Shown: positions 1 to 10,842 of the stretch, one piece after another
Position numbering within the stretch: position 1 is the first letter of the stretch
Layout of the letters: every line of letters starts with the position of its first letter
Source of the DNA: an uncultured Rickettsiales bacterium
Lineage (GTDB): Bacteria; Pseudomonadota; Alphaproteobacteria; Rickettsiales; SXRF01
Length of the DNA: 64,000 nucleotides
Direction: 5' to 3'
Assembly (NCBI GenBank): GCA_964575095.1
Contig: CAZNPA010000005.1
Span: 26,958-90,957, forward strand
Made by a program: the position numbers and the translations under genes
The notes under the pieces: model-generated
Database searches by the model: none
The model's input: the letters and a program-made list of their open reading frames with translations, nothing else
What the model was told of the DNA's origin: nothing

Positions 1-166
1 CGGCCAGCGCCGGCGCATGACGAACCAGCTCGGCCAGCTCATTCAAAAAACTGTACAGCAGCACGAGCAGCGCGCCGACCAGTCCCGCATAAAACGGTGC
101 CATCAGCCACCGGCTGGCGAAAAGCCCGCGTTCCAGATTGCGCTCTATGGATCTGAAGATGCTCAT
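1..166 (-). CDS. UPF0114 (YqhA-like) membrane protein, N-terminal part only (gene runs off the window)
   Basis: Minus-strand translation from the ATG at 166 gives [40 protein letters not shown]... The SRWLxAPxYxGL N-terminus is typical of YqhA/UPF0114. An ATGA overlap couples it to the aspS stop (163-166). It is absent from the ORF track because it is truncated. Confidence 0.55.
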   Translation of the reverse strand, partial: MSIFRSIERNLERGLFASRWLMAPFYAGLVGALLVLLYSFLNELAELVRHAPALA

Positions 167-1989
167 GCCACCTCGCCTTTCTGTTTTTCCGCTTCTTCCG
201 CCAGCAGTTGTTTGGCTTTGGGCGATAGCTGCAAATTAAGCTCACGCAATTGCTTTTCGTCGGCGACGTTGGGCGCCTGCATCAGCAGGTCTTCGGCCTT
301 CTGGTTCATCGGGAAAGCGATGACTTCGCGGATGTTGGGCTCGTCGGCAAGCAGCATAACGATGCGGTCAACGCCCGGAGCCAGCCCGCCGTGCGGTGGC
401 GCGCCGAATTTAAATGCCGAGATCATGCCGCCGAAGCGTTTATCGACCACATCGGGGCCGTAACCGGCGATTTCGAACGCCTTGTACATGATCTCCGGCT
501 TGTGGTTGCGAATCGCGCCGCTTGAAAGCTCAACGCCGTTGCACACGATATCGTATTGATAGGCCAAAATATCGAGCGGGTTTTTGCTATTGAGCGAATC
601 CATGCCGCCTTGGGGCATCGAGAACGGGTTGTGCGAGAAGATGATTTTCTTTTCCTCCTCGTCGTATTCGAAATACGGGAAATCCACCACCCAGCAGAAC
701 TTGAACACGCCCTGCTCCAACAATTTCAATTCATCGCCCAGTTTCGTGCGAACTTTTCCGGCGAATTTGGCAGCAGGTAATTCTTTGTCGCAGGCAAAAA
801 ATACGCTATCCCCTGCCCCGATATTTGCCTTGGCGGCAATCTTCTTTTGAATATCCGCCGGAATGAATTTGGCGATAGGGCCTTTGCCCTCGCCCTTGTC
901 GTCGAACGTCACGTAACCCAACCCCGGCGCGCCCTCTTCCTTGGCCCAATCGTTCAGTTTATCGAAGAAGCTGCGCGGCTGCGTCGCCGTCTTTGGCGCA
1001 GGAATGGCGCGCACGACGCCGCCGGCTTCGATGATTTTCTTAAACGCATTGAATGTCACCGACGGGTCTTTGAATTCTTCCGTCACATCGACGATGCGAA
1101 TGGGATTTCTCAAATCCGGTTTATCCGTTCCATACTTCAGCATCGCATCCTTATACGTCATGCGCGGGAACGGCGTCGGCGTTACCTGTTTCTTTCCAAA
1201 CTCGGTGAAGACGCCATGCAGCACAGGTTCAATCGCCGCGAACACGTCGTCCTGTGTCACGAAGCTCATCTCCATATCGAGCTGGTAGAACTCGCCGGGG
1301 CTGCGGTCGGCGCGGCCGTCCTCATCCCTGAAACACGGCGCGATTTGAAAATACCTATCGAAGCCCGACACCATCAATAATTGTTTAAACTGCTGCGGCG
1401 CTTGCGGCAGCGCGTAGAATTTTCCGGGATGGATGCGCGAAGGCACCAGATAATCGCGCGCGCCTTCCGGCGATGACGCCGTCAAAATCGGCGTCTGGAA
1501 CTCGGTGAAGCCCTGCTCCTGCATGCGGCGGCGCAGGCTCGCGATCACACCGGCTCGCAGCATGATATTTTTGTGGATTTTCTCGGCGCGCAGATCAAGG
1601 AATCTATATTTCAGCCGCGTTTCTTCCGGCTGTTCGCGTTCGGTATTGACCTGCAGCGGCAGCGGTTCGGCGGCGGATTCTAATTTATATTCTTCGACCG
1701 CAACTTCGATTTCACCGGTCGGCAAATCCTTGTTGATGGTCTCCGCCGCACGCGCGACGACCTTGCCGGAAATCGTAATCACGCTCTCCAGGCTCACATG
1801 CGACAACTTGTCGAGATGCGGATTTCCTTCCGCCACCACGAGCTGCGTAATCCCATAATGATCGCGCAGATCGACGAACAGCAGGTTGCCGTGGTCGCGC
1901 CGACGATGCACCCAGCCGGAAAGTTTTACGGTCTGGCCGACGTGGGATTTATTTAACTGGTTGCAGGTATGGGTTCTGTATTGGTGCAT
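163..1989 (-). CDS. aspS: aspartyl-tRNA synthetase
   Basis: The ORF 163..2055 shows full-length class II AspRS similarity (RTHTCNQL..., [40 protein letters not shown]). I placed the start at the internal MHQYRTH (1989) rather than the ORF-track start. Confidence 0.95.
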   Translation of the reverse strand: MHQYRTHTCNQLNKSHVGQTVKLSGWVHRRRDHGNLLFVDLRDHYGITQLVVAEGNPHLDKLSHVSLESVITISGKVVARAAETINKDLPTGEIEVAVEEYKLESAAEPLPLQVNTEREQPEETRLKYRFLDLRAEKIHKNIMLRAGVIASLRRRMQEQGFTEFQTPILTASSPEGARDYLVPSRIHPGKFYALPQAPQQFKQLLMVSGFDRYFQIAPCFRDEDGRADRSPGEFYQLDMEMSFVTQDDVFAAIEPVLHGVFTEFGKKQVTPTPFPRMTYKDAMLKYGTDKPDLRNPIRIVDVTEEFKDPSVTFNAFKKIIEAGGVVRAIPAPKTATQPRSFFDKLNDWAKEEGAPGLGYVTFDDKGEGKGPIAKFIPADIQKKIAAKANIGAGDSVFFACDKELPAAKFAGKVRTKLGDELKLLEQGVFKFCWVVDFPYFEYDEEEKKIIFSHNPFSMPQGGMDSLNSKNPLDILAYQYDIVCNGVELSSGAIRNHKPEIMYKAFEIAGYGPDVVDKRFGGMISAFKFGAPPHGGLAPGVDRIVMLLADEPNIREVIAFPMNQKAEDLLMQAPNVADEKQLRELNLQLSPKAKQLLAEEAEKQKGEVA

Positions 1990-2022
1990 AAGGAAAAAAT
2001 GGTATAAAGGATAGCGAGGAAA

Positions 2023-2295
2023 ATGCCAATGAAAACCACTATTATCGCTCTTCATATCGTCCCCAAAGCCTCGAAAAACCAGATAATCGGCTGGGTCGAG
2101 GATGGAAAAGGCGGTCGCGCGCTCAAAATCAAAATCGCCGCCCCGCCGGAGGATGGCAAGGCTAACGCCGAATTAATAAAGTTTCTTTCCAAACAATGGG
2201 ATATGCCAAAATCCGCGTTTGAAATCGTGGGCGGCGAGGCATCGCGTCATAAACGGCTGAAAATCCACGGAAACGTGACGCTGCCTGCCGGATAA
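2023..2295 (+). CDS. DUF167 / YggU-family protein
   Basis: This 90-aa ORF contains [14 protein letters not shown]...[24 protein letters not shown]...[13 protein letters not shown], the typical YggU pattern. Confidence 0.8.
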   Translation: MPMKTTIIALHIVPKASKNQIIGWVEDGKGGRALKIKIAAPPEDGKANAELIKFLSKQWDMPKSAFEIVGGEASRHKRLKIHGNVTLPAG

Positions 2296-2338
2296 GAAGA
2301 TTCTGGCGTTTGCCGCCCCGCCTCACTATATATCCCCC

Positions 2339-3487
2339 ATGCATACGATTACCAAGCAGTCGGAGTTGGCCGCGTTCTGCACGCAGGTTGAAAGCGGCGA
2401 ATACGTCACCGTCGACACCGAGTTCATCCGTGAGCGTACCTACTGGCCGCGCCTGTGCCTCATCCAGATTGCCAACAAGGAACATGCGGCGATCATCGAC
2501 CCGCTGGCCGAGGGGCTTGACCTCGCGCCGGTGCTGGCGCTGATGCAGAAGCCGTCGCTCACCAAGGTGTTCCACGCGGCGCGGCAGGACATCGAGATTT
2601 TCTACCAGATGTCAAAGCGCATCCCCGTCCCCATCTTCGACACGCAGATCGCGGCTGCTGTCTGCGGCCACGGTGAATCGGCGTCGTATGAGACGCTGGT
2701 CAATAAAATTGTCGGCGAGGAGCTGGATAAAAGCTCGCGCTTTACCGACTGGTCGGTACGGCCGCTATCGGAAAAGCAGTTGAAATACGCGCTGTCGGAC
2801 GTCACGCACCTGTGCACGATTTACGAAAACTTGAAAAACCAGATCGAAAAATCGGGCCGCACGGCCTGGATCGCCGAAGAGCATATCAGGATGTCCGACC
2901 CGGCGACGTACGACCCCAATCCCGGCGAGGAATGGCGGCGGCTCAAGTTCGGCAACATGAAACCCAAGAACCTCGCTGTGTTGCGCGAACTCGCCAAATG
3001 GCGCGAGCACGAAGCGCGGCGTGCCGACGTGCCGCGCGGCCGCATTGTCAAGGACGACGTCCTGGTCGAACTCGCCCACATCGCGCCGCGCCGGGAAGAA
3101 GACATCGACGCCATGCGCCGCACCGGCGGCCTGCCCAAAAACAAGATCGGCGAAATCTTGGCCTGCGTCGAAGCGGCACTCGCCCTTCCCTCGTCCGAAT
3201 TCCCGCACGTCAAACATCACCGCCGCTTGCCGCAGAATGTCATCGGCGCCGTCGAGATACTGCGGCTGCTGCTCAAGGTCAGCGCCGACCGGCACGGCGT
3301 CAGCTCCAGCATGATCGCCGATAAGGATGATTTAGAAAACATCGCGCTGGGCGAAACGAACACCCCCGCCCTCCACGGCTGGCGCTACGACATTTTCGGC
3401 CGCGCCGCCGAACAACTCCTGCGCGGTGAATTAAAGTTGTCCGTGGATGCGAAAACCAAACAGGTGGTGTTTGAGGAAGTCGCTTAG
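2339..3487 (+). CDS. rnd: ribonuclease D
   Basis: This 382-aa ORF has a DEDD 3'-5' exonuclease N-terminus ([33 protein letters not shown]) followed by an HRDC-like C-terminus. Confidence 0.9.
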   Translation: MHTITKQSELAAFCTQVESGEYVTVDTEFIRERTYWPRLCLIQIANKEHAAIIDPLAEGLDLAPVLALMQKPSLTKVFHAARQDIEIFYQMSKRIPVPIFDTQIAAAVCGHGESASYETLVNKIVGEELDKSSRFTDWSVRPLSEKQLKYALSDVTHLCTIYENLKNQIEKSGRTAWIAEEHIRMSDPATYDPNPGEEWRRLKFGNMKPKNLAVLRELAKWREHEARRADVPRGRIVKDDVLVELAHIAPRREEDIDAMRRTGGLPKNKIGEILACVEAALALPSSEFPHVKHHRRLPQNVIGAVEILRLLLKVSADRHGVSSSMIADKDDLENIALGETNTPALHGWRYDIFGRAAEQLLRGELKLSVDAKTKQVVFEEVA

Positions 3488-5481
3488 GCCCGCTTCTTAT
3501 TCCCGGCTTCCAGTTTTGTAATTTCATCCCGCAACCTAGCCGCTTCCTCAAACTCCAAATCCCCTGCCGCTTCGAGCATTTTGGCGCGGAGCTTTAAAAT
3601 ATATTTTTCCTTGTCCTTGCCGTCGTCTTTGACTTCGTATTTATGGCGGCGCGTGTCTACCGTGTAATGGTCCTGCTCGTAGACCGATTCGATAATTTCG
3701 CCGATGTGTTTCTTGATGCTGGTCGGCGTGATATTGTGCTTCTTGTTATACGCCGTCTGCAACGTGCGGCGGCGTTCGGTTTCGCCGAGGGCTTTCTTCA
3801 TCGAGTCGGTCATGCGGTCGGCATATAAAATCACCTTGCTGTCGATGTTGCGCGCGGCGCGGCCTATCGTCTGGATGAGTGACGTCGCCGAGCGCAGGAA
3901 GCCTTCCTTATCGGCGTCTAAGATCGCCATCAAGCCGCATTCAGGGATGTCCAAGCCCTCGCGCAATAAATTCACTCCAATCAGCACGTCGAATTTTCCC
4001 AGCCGCAAATCGCGGATGATTTCGATGCGCTCCAGCGTCTCCACATCCGAGTGCAAATAGCGCACTTTTATTCCGGCTTCGCTCATGTAATCGGTCAGCT
4101 CCTCGGCCATGCGTTTTGTCAGCGTCGTAACTAAAACGCGGTAGCTTTTCTTGATGGTGGCGTGGCATTCGGCCAGCAGATCGTCGACCTGCGTTCCGGC
4201 GGGCCGCACTTCGCACAGCGGGTCGATCAAGCCCGTCGGGCGGATCACCTGCTCGACGAATTCTCCGTGCGTCCTCTCCAGCTCCCATTTTCCGGGAGTT
4301 GCCGAAACAAAGATCGTCTGCGGGCGCATGGCGTCCCACTCCTCGAATTTGAGCGGCCGGTTGTCGAGCGCGCTCGGCAATCGAAACCCATATTCGACCA
4401 ATGTGGTTTTGCGCGCCCGGTCGCCGTTATACATGCCGCCCGCCTGCGGCACCGTGACGTGGCTTTCATCGACGAACAAAATCGCATCCTTGGGCAGATA
4501 CTGAAACAGCGTCGGCGGCGGCTCGCCTGGCTTTCCGCCGGAGAGGAACCGCGAATAATTCTCGATGCCCTTGCAGTTGCCGGTCTCGACCATCATCTCC
4601 AAATCAAATACCGTGCGCTGCTCCAGGCGCTGCGCTTCGACCAATTTATTCTCGGCGCGCAGTGTCGTAAGCCGATCTTTGAGTTCTTCCTTAATCTGCT
4701 TCACCGCTTTTTCGAGTGTCGGACGGGGCGTGACATAGTGGCTGTTGGGGAAAACGGTGACTTCATTGAGCTTGGCTTTGCGCTCTCCCGTCAGCGGATC
4801 AAATTCGGCGATTGATTCGATGTCGTCGCCGAACAACGTGATGCGCCAGGCGGCATCCTCGTAGTGCGATGGGAATAAATCCACGATGTCGCCGCGCACG
4901 CGGAACGTGCCGCGGTGGAAATCGATGTCGTTCCTTTCGTATTGCAGCGCCACCAGTTTTGTAATCAACTCGCGCTGCGGCAACCGCTCGCCGGCTTTAA
5001 GTGCCAGCACCATGCTCGAATAGGTCTCCACCGACCCGATGCCGTAGATGCAACTGACCGAGGCGACAACGATGGTATCGCGCCTTGTCAGCAGCGAGCG
5101 CGTGGCGGAATGGCGCATGCGGTCGATCTGCTCGTTGATGGCGGAATCCTTCTCAATGAAGGTGTCGGTCTTGGGAATGTAGGCTTCCGGCTGGTAGTAA
5201 TCGTAATACGACACGAAATATTCGACGGCATTGTTGGGAAACACCGATTTCATCTCCGAGTAAAGCTGCGCCGCCAGCGTCTTGTTGTGCGCCATGATGA
5301 GCGCCGGGCGTTGAAGCGTTTGAATCACATGCGCCATGGTGAAGGTCTTGCCGCTGCCGGTGACGCCGAGCAGCACCTGCTCGCGCGCACCCTCGCGGTA
5401 GCCCTCGACCAGCGCGTCGATGGCGGCCGGCTGGTCGCCGGCGGGCGTGAAATCGGAAGTGAGGGTAAAACTATTGGACAT
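3484..5481 (-). CDS. uvrB: excinuclease ABC subunit B
   Basis: This 665-aa ORF has [12 protein letters not shown] (Walker A), a DESH box, helicase motifs and a C-terminal UVR domain ([13 protein letters not shown]). Its stop overlaps the rnd stop (convergent, 3484-3487). Confidence 0.97.
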   Translation of the reverse strand: MSNSFTLTSDFTPAGDQPAAIDALVEGYREGAREQVLLGVTGSGKTFTMAHVIQTLQRPALIMAHNKTLAAQLYSEMKSVFPNNAVEYFVSYYDYYQPEAYIPKTDTFIEKDSAINEQIDRMRHSATRSLLTRRDTIVVASVSCIYGIGSVETYSSMVLALKAGERLPQRELITKLVALQYERNDIDFHRGTFRVRGDIVDLFPSHYEDAAWRITLFGDDIESIAEFDPLTGERKAKLNEVTVFPNSHYVTPRPTLEKAVKQIKEELKDRLTTLRAENKLVEAQRLEQRTVFDLEMMVETGNCKGIENYSRFLSGGKPGEPPPTLFQYLPKDAILFVDESHVTVPQAGGMYNGDRARKTTLVEYGFRLPSALDNRPLKFEEWDAMRPQTIFVSATPGKWELERTHGEFVEQVIRPTGLIDPLCEVRPAGTQVDDLLAECHATIKKSYRVLVTTLTKRMAEELTDYMSEAGIKVRYLHSDVETLERIEIIRDLRLGKFDVLIGVNLLREGLDIPECGLMAILDADKEGFLRSATSLIQTIGRAARNIDSKVILYADRMTDSMKKALGETERRRTLQTAYNKKHNITPTSIKKHIGEIIESVYEQDHYTVDTRRHKYEVKDDGKDKEKYILKLRAKMLEAAGDLEFEEAARLRDEITKLEAGNKKRA

Positions 5482-5530
5482 AAAGAATTAATTGTTGTAA
5501 ACTTTTTCCCATTCTTACTAGGAGAGTATA

Positions 5531-6820
5531 ATGATACCTACAATAGAAATATATGGCGATACTTCACGGTCCAATCAGGAGTTGCTAAAGAAAATCAGCC
5601 CTGATTTTGCCTATAAGTCAAGAAGCGCTGGCGCGCATACCCCCGTCTTTTCCTTCACCGGCGAAGCCTATGCCGCTGACGCCATGCTGTTCCTGCCTAA
5701 TTGCGACCTGTTCTCTCTCTGTGCAGCCCTTGCCGAAAATGAAGTCCATAACCCCTTCATGCAGCAGACCTATGATCCTACCCTGAAAATCCCCAACAAC
5801 AAAAAGCCCATCGTATGTCTGGGCAGCAAAAAGGACTGGAAACCGTTTCTAGACATTATCGAGGGATTAAAAGAGGCAGGCACGATACGCGAAGGATTGC
5901 TGGAAAAGAACGTGCATTTCACGCATTCCGCCAAAGATGCCATCGGTTACATCAAATCTCACCTTACCAATGATTTAACCAACCGGCGCGCGGAAGCGGT
6001 CAGCCATAAGACGTATATCGATTCACTGGATGCCGCCGACGACCTGATTAACACGAAAGAAGGCACGCCGAAAGCAAAGCATAGCCCCACTATCGCGTTT
6101 TTCGGATCGGCCAGCTCTAAAAATCCGAAGCATAAGGAAATCGCCGAAGAAGCAGCCCGCATGTGCGGCCAGAATGGCTGGAACATCGTGCATGGCGGCG
6201 GAGCGCATAGCGTTATGGGCGCTCTTACCGACGCAGGGTCGGCTGCAGATGCTCACGTTCACGGCATCACCGCCACCAAAACCTATGCCCAGATTCTTTC
6301 CGGGGAAAGAGACCCGGACAAAATCCTGCCCGACGGCATGGCGCGCTTCACCTTCGGCAAAGACATGATCCATCGCATCGAGCTTTATGCCAAGAGCAGC
6401 GAAGCGCTGGTCGCCCTGCCCGGCGGCATCGGCACGCTTGAAGAAATCATGATGATTATGCACCTGCTCCATGAAAAACATCCGGCGGTGATGTATGAGG
6501 ACAAAAGCGGGAAAATGGTCAAAAAGCCGATGGTACTGGTTAACCAGAATGGCATCTGGGACAATTTAATCGCTTATTACGAGCATGCGGGCGACGACAG
6601 GATTACAAAACCGTTTAAGGAAAACATCGTCGTCGTAAATAATATTGATGAACTAAACGCCACCTTGAAGAAGCATTTTGAGCAACATCCTCCCAAGGCA
6701 TTCGCCATCGACCATCTGGATGATTCCATTAAATCATCGGAGCGGCGCAAGGTAAACCCAGGCTACCGCCAAGGATTGCTCTTCCCGACAGATGATGGTC
6801 CAAGCCCTGTAAAGCGGTAG
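5531..6820 (+). CDS. LOG-family (TIGR00730-type Rossmann) protein with an approximately 190-aa N-terminal extension
   Basis: The C-terminal half carries the LOG signatures HGGGAHSVMGAL and LPGGIGTLEEIMMIM. The N-terminal extension has no match I recognise, apart from a segment resembling the LOG C-terminal helix region. Confidence 0.7.
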   Translation: MIPTIEIYGDTSRSNQELLKKISPDFAYKSRSAGAHTPVFSFTGEAYAADAMLFLPNCDLFSLCAALAENEVHNPFMQQTYDPTLKIPNNKKPIVCLGSKKDWKPFLDIIEGLKEAGTIREGLLEKNVHFTHSAKDAIGYIKSHLTNDLTNRRAEAVSHKTYIDSLDAADDLINTKEGTPKAKHSPTIAFFGSASSKNPKHKEIAEEAARMCGQNGWNIVHGGGAHSVMGALTDAGSAADAHVHGITATKTYAQILSGERDPDKILPDGMARFTFGKDMIHRIELYAKSSEALVALPGGIGTLEEIMMIMHLLHEKHPAVMYEDKSGKMVKKPMVLVNQNGIWDNLIAYYEHAGDDRITKPFKENIVVVNNIDELNATLKKHFEQHPPKAFAIDHLDDSIKSSERRKVNPGYRQGLLFPTDDGPSPVKR

Positions 6821-6851
6821 TAGGGTAAAGCCGGAAGTGAGTTTAAATTCC

Positions 6852-6889
6852 ATAAAAAAACAAAAGGCGACGGGAGTGCCCGCCGCCTT
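6852..6889 (-). terminator. rho-independent terminator downstream of csp
   Basis: A GC-rich hairpin aaggcgacggg-agtg-cccgccgcctt (6864-6889) is followed on the minus strand by a T-run (plus-strand aaaaaaacaaaa, 6854-6865). Confidence 0.6.
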
Positions 6890-6920
6890 ATATATAGTGG
6901 TTTATTGCCGTTTGGCTAGG

Positions 6921-7127
6921 TTAGCTGACGATCTTCAGGTTGACCGCCGACATCTTGCCTTTGTTTTCCGCCAGTTCGTACTGCACGCGCTGGCCTTCAT
7001 CAAGCATGGAGATGCCCGCCGCTTCGAGCGCCGAAACATGCACGAACACGTCGCTTGAATTATCGTCGGGCTTGATGAAGCCGAAACGTTTCGCCGGGTT
7101 ATACCATTTCACTGTGCCAGTCGCCAT
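6921..7127 (-). CDS. cspA: cold-shock protein, CspA family
   Basis: MATGTVKWYNPAKRFGFIKPDDNSSDVFVHVSAL... is 68 aa and carries the RNP1/RNP2 motifs. The ORF-track entry 6921..7340 is an upstream over-extension. Confidence 0.9.
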   Translation of the reverse strand: MATGTVKWYNPAKRFGFIKPDDNSSDVFVHVSALEAAGISMLDEGQRVQYELAENKGKMSAVNLKIVS

Positions 7128-7364
7128 TGCCGTGCTCCTTAAACAATTACGTAAAAAAATCGGCCTTATACCCAGCCGATTCCATAAATTTAATCCAGTC
7201 GGGAATGGTTGGCAAGGGGGAAAACCCCGCAAAATACTAGGTTTAAACTCGCTGGGATGAGCCGGATGCGAAGCTTTTGCGAGAACCGGAGCGGAACGTA
7301 TACTTTCGTACGTGAGCACCGGAAGCTTGAGTAAAAGCAAGCAAGCCGGCCAGCCTAGTGGAGT

Positions 7365-8144
7365 TTAATAGGTAAACTGCTCTTTTATAATCCGCTCTTC
7401 CAGATTGTGCTCGGGATCGAAGAGCAGGTTCACGCCGGATTTTCGCTGTTCGGAGACCACGACTTCGGCCACGTCCTGGATTTCGGTGAAATCGGCGACG
7501 GCATTGACCGGCCGCTTGTCGGTATCCAGAATGGAAAAGCTGACGCTGGCGCTGTGCGGCAGCAGCGCACCGTGCCAGCGGCGCGGACGGAACGGCACCA
7601 ACGGCGTCAGCGCCAGCACGTTGGCGCCAAGCGGAATGATGGGACCGCCGGCAGAAAAGTTGTAGGCGGTTGATCCGGCCGGCGTCGATACCAGCACGCC
7701 ATCGGCAATCAGCTCCTGCAGGCGCACGACGTGATCGACCGAAACGCGGATCTTGGCCGCCTGCCGGTGCTGCCTGAACAGCGACACTTCATTGAACGCC
7801 AGCGCCTGACTGATTTTTCCGCTGGTGCGCCGCGCATACATGTGCAGCGGATAGAGCGTGGCGGCGCGGGCGTGGTTGATGCGACTAAGCAAGCTCTGCA
7901 AACCGTACTGGTTCATCAGGAAACCGACGGTGCCGCAGTTGATGCCGTAAAACGGCAATTTCATTTTCATGTATTGGTGCAGCGTCTGCAGCATGAAGCC
8001 ATCACCACCCAAAACGACGATCACCTGCGCGTTCATGCGCCGGCGCGTGATTTCGGAGATATCGTGCAGCTTCTTGATTTCCTTGAGCGCCGCCTGCGCT
8101 TTCGGCGAATCATCAGCAACGACGGCGATTTTGCTGTAGGTCAT
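7365..8144 (-). CDS. nadK: NAD kinase
   Basis: This 259-aa ORF has the GGDGFML motif, NxGxxGFL and STPAGSTAYNFSAGGPI. Confidence 0.9.
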   Translation of the reverse strand: MTYSKIAVVADDSPKAQAALKEIKKLHDISEITRRRMNAQVIVVLGGDGFMLQTLHQYMKMKLPFYGINCGTVGFLMNQYGLQSLLSRINHARAATLYPLHMYARRTSGKISQALAFNEVSLFRQHRQAAKIRVSVDHVVRLQELIADGVLVSTPAGSTAYNFSAGGPIIPLGANVLALTPLVPFRPRRWHGALLPHSASVSFSILDTDKRPVNAVADFTEIQDVAEVVVSEQRKSGVNLLFDPEHNLEERIIKEQFTY

Positions 8145-8242
8145 ACTCTACGTGTATTCGGGGCCCAATTTGGTTAATTTGCTAATGATAGATACAAAAT
8201 GCGCCTGTGGCAAGTCTTCGCCGCCAGAATACGCCGGAGAAA

Positions 8243-9226
8243 TCACGTTATGCCCATACCATCGCCGATCGCAACGCCGGTTGTTTTTGCCTTTTTTTCC
8301 AATTCCGCCAAACGGGTAAGGCCGTTTTTCGTGATATAATGCTTGGCGCCATATCCCGTGAGCGGGTCGATAACGCACGATTCTACGCAACCCTGCCTTC
8401 CATTCAGCCCCCTCAGGATAGCCCCCAATTGCTCATAGGGAACGTGATAGGGGTTGCGGACGGTGGGCTCTTCCGCCTCCAGGCCGATCAGCTGCGGCCG
8501 GATGCTGGCGCGATCCAGCGTCAGTTTGATTTTGCTGGCGGCAACCGCATGTTCTTCATCGGTCGCCCCCGCTGCAACCAACATCTTCAAAACACCGAGC
8601 TCGCCGCGCGATATCGGATCGTTTGGAAACGCGAGTGTTGTTGGTATTTGCGCCTTCGGCAGCTTTATCGTGCCTGCCCAGGAGGGAGACCTTAATTCGC
8701 GTATTACGCTTTTTAGTTGCTGTTTAGGATCCCGATCTGTTTCCGGCCTTGTGTGAAGTTTCCGCAGTACCGTTTTCCCTAAATCCGTTATGACATAATG
8801 CTTGTCCCGACTCTGCCAGTCCAACAAAGCGACGCATTGACATTCTAAAAGCACCGCCAGCGCATTTCGCAGATGATCCATTCGTTCAGTGTGATTAGCG
8901 CCCGAGGGACGGAAGCTATTGTAGATTTTATCACCATTGGCCGGATCGTTCTGTATCAGGCATGGCTCAAGATATATCCGGGTAATATGCCGGCTAGTTA
9001 AAGGGTACATACGGCTCAGCGTATTTAAATTGCCGTAGAGCTTCGGCTTGTAAGGCACATAGGTATCGAATCTCTCCTTGTTGACGGATAAGGCGCGAAG
9101 CATCTCTAATATGCCGCGCAGGGCGAACGGATCGGCTTTTCCCATCAGATGCGTCGTTAACGCGGCGATGCTATCCGTTGCCGGGGCCGTGGGCGCGCCA
9201 TCCCCATTTTCGGGTTTGCGGGTCAT
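8243..9226 (-). CDS. hypothetical protein made of two copies of a winged-helix-like module
   Basis: This 327-aa ORF has internal repeats. ALRGILEMLRAL...RNALAVLLECQCVALLDWQSRDKHYVITDLGKTVLRKL is echoed by ELGVLKMLVAAG...LGAILRGLNGRQGCVESCVIDPLTGYGAKHYITKNGLTRLAEL. An ATGA overlap links it to the upstream gene. Confidence 0.6.
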   Translation of the reverse strand: MTRKPENGDGAPTAPATDSIAALTTHLMGKADPFALRGILEMLRALSVNKERFDTYVPYKPKLYGNLNTLSRMYPLTSRHITRIYLEPCLIQNDPANGDKIYNSFRPSGANHTERMDHLRNALAVLLECQCVALLDWQSRDKHYVITDLGKTVLRKLHTRPETDRDPKQQLKSVIRELRSPSWAGTIKLPKAQIPTTLAFPNDPISRGELGVLKMLVAAGATDEEHAVAASKIKLTLDRASIRPQLIGLEAEEPTVRNPYHVPYEQLGAILRGLNGRQGCVESCVIDPLTGYGAKHYITKNGLTRLAELEKKAKTTGVAIGDGMGIT

Positions 9227-9663
9227 GTCCTTCCCTCGCCGCGACCGAAAGAAGCGTCGCGCGTAATCCGTGGCGCCAGGCGCGATGACTGATCTTTGAT
9301 TTCCACCAGCTCACATTGCTTGCCGTCTATCGCCTGCTGCAGCTTGGCTTTCCCTTGATCGGTAATGCTATACCAACACGACCTTCTATTAGATTCAAAT
9401 TCGATATCCCTGCTGTCAATTAACGCGGCGAGCGCAGCATTGACGATCTTCGGCGTTGTGCGGAAAATATTGTGATAAGCTGCCGGTTCCTGCGGTTGCT
9501 GCAGATTGCGAATGTGTAATTTTGGGCCTTTCAGCAGGATGTGTAGCATGCTATGCGACAAATTATTCGGCTGATCGAATTGGCCGCAATAGGCCAGCGT
9601 CACCAGCACTCCCAGCTTGGCTTTCTCGATATCGGTGTTGGGATCGGTGTTGGGATCGGTCAT
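9223..9663 (-). CDS. hypothetical protein, single copy of the same winged-helix-like module
   Basis: This 146-aa ORF has KLGVLVTLAYCG...VNAALAALIDSRDIEFESNRRSCWYSITDQGKAKLQQ, which aligns by eye with both modules of the downstream protein. The N-terminus is a DPNT DPNT repeat. Confidence 0.6.
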   Translation of the reverse strand: MTDPNTDPNTDIEKAKLGVLVTLAYCGQFDQPNNLSHSMLHILLKGPKLHIRNLQQPQEPAAYHNIFRTTPKIVNAALAALIDSRDIEFESNRRSCWYSITDQGKAKLQQAIDGKQCELVEIKDQSSRLAPRITRDASFGRGEGRT

Positions 9664-9684
9664 CGGCTTACCGCTGCGACGGCA

Positions 9685-10842
9685 TCACTGCGCGCTTTTG
9701 CGCACCAGGGCGATGATGTAGGAGAGGTTCTCCATCTGCGCGTCCTCGGAGTGCGCAAGGATGCGCTCGACAATGCTGTTGGCGTAGCGGCTGTTGCCGG
9801 ATTTTGCGCCCTCGCTGTGCAATTGGCGCACCACCGAGAGCAGCAGCTTCACCGCCGGGAACATGGCATCTGGCAGACCTGATTTGTTATAGATGGCGCG
9901 GAAACCGAGATCGCCCTTGTCGCTGATGAGTTTTCTCGCATTGGCAACCGGGATGCCGGACAGTTTCGCCAGCGCCATTTCGAAGAAATTAAAATCGCCC
10001 TGACAGAGCGCGGAGAGGATAATCGAAGGCGTCAACCGCCCCGAATCGCGCAGATGCGCGATCAGCTTGTCGATGTCGTCTTCGGCCTGAGCGACGCGGA
10101 TTAAATTCAACGTTTCTTTCTCGCGGGTTTTTTCGACGTCCTTGTCCACCTGCACCGACTGGTCGGCGGAGAGTTTATATTTCTTTTTGAGGCTATCGGC
10201 CACCGTCGACGACACCATGCCCATCATTTTTTCGACCACCGTTACCGGCAGCGCCGCCCGCACCGAAAGCGATTTCATGATGGAGTCGTTGCTCTTATAG
10301 GTGGTGACGATCTTGTCGTAGGATTTTTCAGAAATCTTGGCGCCGGCGTTATTCACCAGCGACGCCGCCACCTGCTCGTTGCCCTTGGCGATCAGCGTCT
10401 CGGATACGGCTTCCGGCACGACGCGGCGGCGCGAGATGGCAAGGTATTTCGATACCTGATCGGTGGCGTTGACCAGTTCCATCAGGTCGTCGTCGGTCAG
10501 CACGTCCGAGAATTCCAGGATGGGCAGCGACACTTCGTCGACGTCGGCGGCCAGCGATTTGATGATGTCATGCGGCACGCGGCCGCTATCCTTCAGATGT
10601 TGCGCCAGCTGGGCGCGCACGGTGATTTCGGTATCGCGCATCAGCAGGCGGAAAACCTGTTCGGCGATCATGGTTTCGTTGGGCGTAAGTTGCGCCGTTT
10701 TGCCGCCGTAAGCGCTGCCGATTTTTTTGGTCATGTCGAGGCGCGTGCCCGAGGTGGTGTCGTGCAGCAGGCGGTCGACATCCTCGGCCGAAAGCGTCAG
10801 CGCGGTGGCGGAAGTTGCTGCTTCAGTGGACAGTCGAGCCAA
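9685..10842 (-). CDS. DUF2336-family protein (paralog a)
   Basis: This 385-aa helical-repeat protein has VSLPILEFSDVLTDDDLMELV...YLAISRRRVVPEAVSETLIAKGNEQVAASLVNNAGAKISE. As I recall it, this matches the alphaproteobacterial DUF2336 pattern. Confidence 0.7.
   Translation of the reverse strand: MARLSTEAATSATALTLSAEDVDRLLHDTTSGTRLDMTKKIGSAYGGKTAQLTPNETMIAEQVFRLLMRDTEITVRAQLAQHLKDSGRVPHDIIKSLAADVDEVSLPILEFSDVLTDDDLMELVNATDQVSKYLAISRRRVVPEAVSETLIAKGNEQVAASLVNNAGAKISEKSYDKIVTTYKSNDSIMKSLSVRAALPVTVVEKMMGMVSSTVADSLKKKYKLSADQSVQVDKDVEKTREKETLNLIRVAQAEDDIDKLIAHLRDSGRLTPSIILSALCQGDFNFFEMALAKLSGIPVANARKLISDKGDLGFRAIYNKSGLPDAMFPAVKLLLSVVRQLHSEGAKSGNSRYANSIVERILAHSEDAQMENLSYIIALVRKSAQ

Noticed and set aside
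163-2055. N-terminal extensions given by the ORF track for several genes: aspS 2055, csp 7340, GDPD 27342, ppdK 37395, the secreted protein 40004, OMF 56986, RND 60295, virB8 19708, virB6 18021, HK 44958 and exoD 47547.
   Set aside because: The upstream portions have no homology-like sequence, often overlap neighbouring genes, and internal ATGs coincide with the conserved N-termini. I used the internal starts.
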